Of a stretch of 64,000 nucleotides of DNA, positions 61,037 through 64,000 are shown one piece after another. Both the position numbers and the translations under genes were made by a program. The DNA lies in the IMG/VR virus record IMGVR_UViG_3300043419_002586; one strand, written 5' to 3'. The stretch is from a virus. How positions within the stretch are numbered: position 1 is the first letter of the stretch; every line of letters starts with the position of its first letter. Under the pieces are notes generated by a model that was not told the origin of the DNA, searched no databases, and saw only the letters and a program-made list of their open reading frames with translations.

Positions 61037-61851
61037 TAATCAATATCGTCAAAATTAATATCAATACTGTTATAAATTTCATTAACAGTTTTTGCTCTTG
61101 ATTGAGCTTTGTTGTTCATATCGCTTTGAATATTCTTCTTAATTGCCATTCTTTCATTTCTATTCTTCTCTTGATTGGCAATTCTCATTGATTCACGATT
61201 GTCCAGAGCAGATGGATCAATCATTCCAAATGTTGAATTAAATTCATTGTCTGAAGAAGTTCTTAAGATAGAATGTGCTCTTGAAGAAACAACAGAAGAT
61301 TGTCTCAGATTATTAATTTGGCTATCTTCCCAAGCTTTATGACGAGATGCTTTGGCTTCTCTGGCTCTTTGATTCTCAACAATTGATTGTTCACTTGTAG
61401 AAGATTGTGAGTTTAAAAATTCTTCTGAAATTGCAATCATATCTGGATTGAAAATTGATGCTGATCTAGACAGCATAGCGTTCATATATTCGTCTGCTGA
61501 AAACGCTCTCAAACCACTTGTAGTTGTTCTAGCATTTTCACCTTGATCATATTGTGAACCAGCTCTTCTGATAGCACCAAAATCTTGAGAAAGAATTCTA
61601 TCTTCGATTGTGGTATCTCTTAAGTCTTGATAAGTGGAAGCACTTTGGATCTTTTCCCAAGATTTATTAATTGTGTTTGCTTCTTTTGTGAAACCAATAT
61701 TTTGTTTAGAAATTGATTGTCTGTTTGCAGTTGAATTTCTCTTTAACTCAGCGTATGGATCTTCTTCAACTTCAACTTGAGCGCCAATAAATCTCTTTTC
61801 CAAAAATGATGGAATATTTTCGATTTCTGATACTTTTCTAAATCTGCTCAT
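61036..61851 (-). CDS. Hypothetical protein
   Basis: 271 aa, AGGA SD, coupled to the next gene. Confidence 0.65.
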   Translation of the reverse strand: MSRFRKVSEIENIPSFLEKRFIGAQVEVEEDPYAELKRNSTANRQSISKQNIGFTKEANTINKSWEKIQSASTYQDLRDTTIEDRILSQDFGAIRRAGSQYDQGENARTTTSGLRAFSADEYMNAMLSRSASIFNPDMIAISEEFLNSQSSTSEQSIVENQRAREAKASRHKAWEDSQINNLRQSSVVSSRAHSILRTSSDNEFNSTFGMIDPSALDNRESMRIANQEKNRNERMAIKKNIQSDMNNKAQSRAKTVNEIYNSIDINFDDID

Positions 61852-61899
61852 GTTTATTTTCCTGCTCTTACTTTTATTTCATCCTCAAATTTTAGAATG

Positions 61900-61921
61900 T
61901 CCCAGGGCTTTCGCCCTGGGA
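61900..61921 (-). terminator. Strong GNRA-capped hairpin after the 355-aa gene (terminator or processing/stabiliser element)
   Basis: TCCCAGGGC-GAAA-GCCCTGGGA; weak U tail on the minus strand. Confidence 0.55.
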
Positions 61922-61943
61922 TTTTTCTTGAGGAGTGTAATTA

Positions 61944-63011
61944 CTACTTGTCGTACTTCTTGGTGAATAGAGCATCAATCCACTCTTGATCACCGTATCC
62001 GAGTTCATTCTTCCAATAATCAATAATTCTTGAATAATCAGCATCGGAAAGAGTTGCAACCTTGATCATTGAAGAAGCAGCAGCAACCTTAACAGTAGTG
62101 TCTAGATCAGAAGCAAGAACATTCTTGATATCAGACAAATTGTCAACTGCAGGAGTTGATGTCTCACCTAACCTAGCATTTACATATTCAATCGGAAAAC
62201 CTTCTGCCAATGCTTTTGCTGCAAATGCTTGTCTTGCTGCAGATGAGAATGCTTTTACTTCTTTCATTTCTGATTTTTCGGCTGTTTCTTTTTCATCTTC
62301 CATTTCAGCTGCTTCTTTTTCATCATCCATCTTTTCAGCAACTTTTTGAACTAATGCTTCTCTGTAAGCTCTTCTTTGTGCAAGCTTAAGATTAGTTTCT
62401 TGTTGTGCTTGTACTTGACGCTCAATCTTGCTAGCTAAACGAACTCTTCTTTCGTGGCGAGCTGCAAGAATAGCATCCTTAAGATCTTCATCACCAGCTG
62501 CAATTGCAGCTTCAACTGCTTCAGCTGATAATTGCGATGCGTGGTTGAAATGAAATGCCTTCTTGTCGGATTTGGATTTAGGACCCTTTCTTGTCATTGG
62601 ACCCTTATCTTCCTTATCTTCCTTGTCATTTTTGTCATCGCATTCGCAAGGATCACATTCACAAGCTGGGCATTCTTTTGAATCTTCAGATTCAGCTTTC
62701 TTTCCCTTACCATTCTCTTCCATCCACTTTCTCAAGCCTTCTGGAAGACCTTTCTTAGCTTCTTTCATATGACTGTCAGACTTATGATACATGGAAGACT
62801 TTTCATCATGATCATCATGATCTTCACCTTGCATCTCATCAATCTTTTCGTCACCAATAGCATCAATAAGAGCCTTCAAGCCCTTGTTCTCTTTTGGTTC
62901 TTTTGCTTCAGCTAATCTTTGGTTAAAGTTATCCCAATCGATTCCTTGAAATACCAAGTCAGAATCAAGAGGATCTTCTTGAAATCTGTTTGGGAAAATT
63001 CTATCTGCCAT
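61944..63011 (-). CDS. Hypothetical charged head-associated protein
   Basis: 355 aa, GAGGAG SD, CPACECDPCEC cluster, many [KR]xA motifs. Confidence 0.7.
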   Translation of the reverse strand: MADRIFPNRFQEDPLDSDLVFQGIDWDNFNQRLAEAKEPKENKGLKALIDAIGDEKIDEMQGEDHDDHDEKSSMYHKSDSHMKEAKKGLPEGLRKWMEENGKGKKAESEDSKECPACECDPCECDDKNDKEDKEDKGPMTRKGPKSKSDKKAFHFNHASQLSAEAVEAAIAAGDEDLKDAILAARHERRVRLASKIERQVQAQQETNLKLAQRRAYREALVQKVAEKMDDEKEAAEMEDEKETAEKSEMKEVKAFSSAARQAFAAKALAEGFPIEYVNARLGETSTPAVDNLSDIKNVLASDLDTTVKVAAASSMIKVATLSDADYSRIIDYWKNELGYGDQEWIDALFTKKYDK

Positions 63012-63051
63012 AATTAATTTTTCTCCTCAAGAAAAAATACATTAAGAAAAT

Positions 63052-63076
63052 TTCTAAATTTAATGCTCAAATTCCT
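63052..63076 (-). promoter_or_regulatory. Putative phage late promoter AGG-N17-TAGAA
   Basis: Exact motif 40 nt upstream of ATG 63011. Confidence 0.6.
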
Positions 63077-63089
63077 TTAATGCATCCAT

Positions 63090-63470
63090 TTATGTTTTTT
63101 TACTGAAAATTACTTTCTTGCCCTTCAAAAGCAATTTATCTCCAATGCTAATGCCAAGTTTTTTGAACAATCCTTTATTTGCTTCTACAACAAATACAAT
63201 ACTGTTTGAGTCTGGAGATACAGATTTAGGGTCATCTGCTTCCATATCCTTAATGTCAACTATTTTGTAATTTTTATCTAAAAATGCTAAAGAAAGTGGA
63301 AAAGAAACATTTTTATTCCAAAACGAATAGCAATCTGGATAATCAAAAGTAAAAAACACTACTTCAAAATCGTCCAAAGGTTCAGCATTCATCAAACCTT
63401 TTGTTCGCAGCTTTTCAGTATCCGCTACAAACCTAACATTGAATTCATCACGGAATTCTTTGCTAGTGAG
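63090..63470 (-). CDS. DUF192-family domain, in frame with the upstream ORF across a single TGA
   Basis: FVADTEKLRTKGLM...FWNKNVSFPLSLAFLD...VVEANKG...GD DUF192 pattern; its conserved start lies upstream of the first usable start codon (63395). Confidence 0.7.
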   Translation of the reverse strand, partial: LTSKEFRDEFNVRFVADTEKLRTKGLMNAEPLDDFEVVFFTFDYPDCYSFWNKNVSFPLSLAFLDKNYKIVDIKDMEADDPKSVSPDSNSIVFVVEANKGLFKKLGISIGDKLLLKGKKVIFSKKT

Positions 63471-63962
63471 TCAAGAACCTACTTTTTTAAATTTATTTGA
63501 TGAAGCTTGAACACTTCTTGCTTCTTCAAGATCAAATCTATCTTTTGTTCTTTGCTTTCTAAACTCATTAACATTGTCGGTACTTAAGTAATGGTCACGC
63601 AATGCTAATTTTGCTCTTTCAGTAAGTTCTACAGATCTTCCATAACCAGTAAGTAATCCAGCAGTTTTTAAGGCTAAAAGATCATTGTCAGAAATTTCAG
63701 TTGGAACACCACACACTTTGCTGTCTTTATGTAAAGCAACATAGCTTGCTGCAGTAACTAAAGCATCTGTATTTGCATCAATTGACTTTAACATATCAAG
63801 ATATTTATCACTTAGTTTAGCAGCCTCAATTTTCTTAGGAGTTTGTGAAACACCAAGAAGTTGAATTTGGATATCTGAAAGACCAAGGCCTTCCATTGAT
63901 GGCCCGTCAAAAAGCTCTGCATGTAAATCTAAAGAATGAACTGGTTTAATAGGTATTGGCAT
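63471..63962 (-). CDS. Hypothetical protein; possible N-terminal part of a UGA-readthrough fusion with DUF192
   Basis: 163 aa, AAGGA SD, ends KFKKVGS-TGA. Confidence 0.7.
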   Translation of the reverse strand: MPIPIKPVHSLDLHAELFDGPSMEGLGLSDIQIQLLGVSQTPKKIEAAKLSDKYLDMLKSIDANTDALVTAASYVALHKDSKVCGVPTEISDNDLLALKTAGLLTGYGRSVELTERAKLALRDHYLSTDNVNEFRKQRTKDRFDLEEARSVQASSNKFKKVGS

Positions 63963-64000
63963 AATTTTATTTCCTTATCTGATTGGTATTCTGTTTTTCC

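Noticed and set aside
1272-62772. Numerous short antisense or nested ORFs in the six-frame track (for example 47894..48337, 50316..50723, 11367..11738)
   Set aside because: They are shadows of long genes on the opposite strand or frame, with no motifs or ribosome-binding sites
1-64000. Genome-wide stop-codon reassignment (code 4, 15 or 25)
   Set aside because: ORFs of up to 3461 aa are open in code 11, Trp is encoded by TGG, and TAA, TAG and TGA all end genes at sensible boundaries; only the TGA at 63471-63473 looks read through
1-64000. CRISPR arrays, tRNAs, rRNAs, IS elements, diversity-generating retroelement
   Set aside because: No regularly spaced DNA repeats, cloverleafs, transposase or reverse transcriptase noticed by eye; the MCP C-terminal duplication differs mainly at synonymous sites rather than at adenines

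Overview
AT-rich 64-kb segment of a large tailed bacteriophage (Caudoviricetes, jumbo-phage-like gene sizes, genetic code 11), covering virion morphogenesis. Minus strand 47.5-64 kb is the head module: head-associated proteins, a portal fused to a DUF559/Vsr-like nuclease domain, a 1383-aa prohead protease polyprotein, an acidic scaffold-like protein, a decoration-like protein and a 284-aa HK97-type major capsid protein (MCP). Plus strand 18-35 kb holds neck and tail genes. Minus strand 0-18 kb holds large virion proteins, including a 3461-aa protein with 14 PKD repeats and an RCC1-like propeller. An 11-gene nucleotide-sugar cassette (35.3-46.2 kb) sits between these modules. Main finding: a 288-nt ORF-less group I intron (47813-47526) interrupts the last 13 codons of the MCP gene, and its P1 loop carries a synonymously recoded copy of exon 2. 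Spliced and unspliced mRNAs therefore both encode full-length 284-aa capsid proteins with slightly different C-termini. A free-standing LAGLIDADG endonuclease lies next to it. Other notable signals: an in-frame UGA followed by a SECIS-like hairpin joining a head-type protein to a DUF192 domain; a recurrent AGG-N17-TAGAA putative late promoter; leaderless GGTATAAT promoters; and a [KR]-x-A motif pervasive in head proteins (putative maturation cleavage sites). All family assignments come from motif recognition by eye; no database searches were run.
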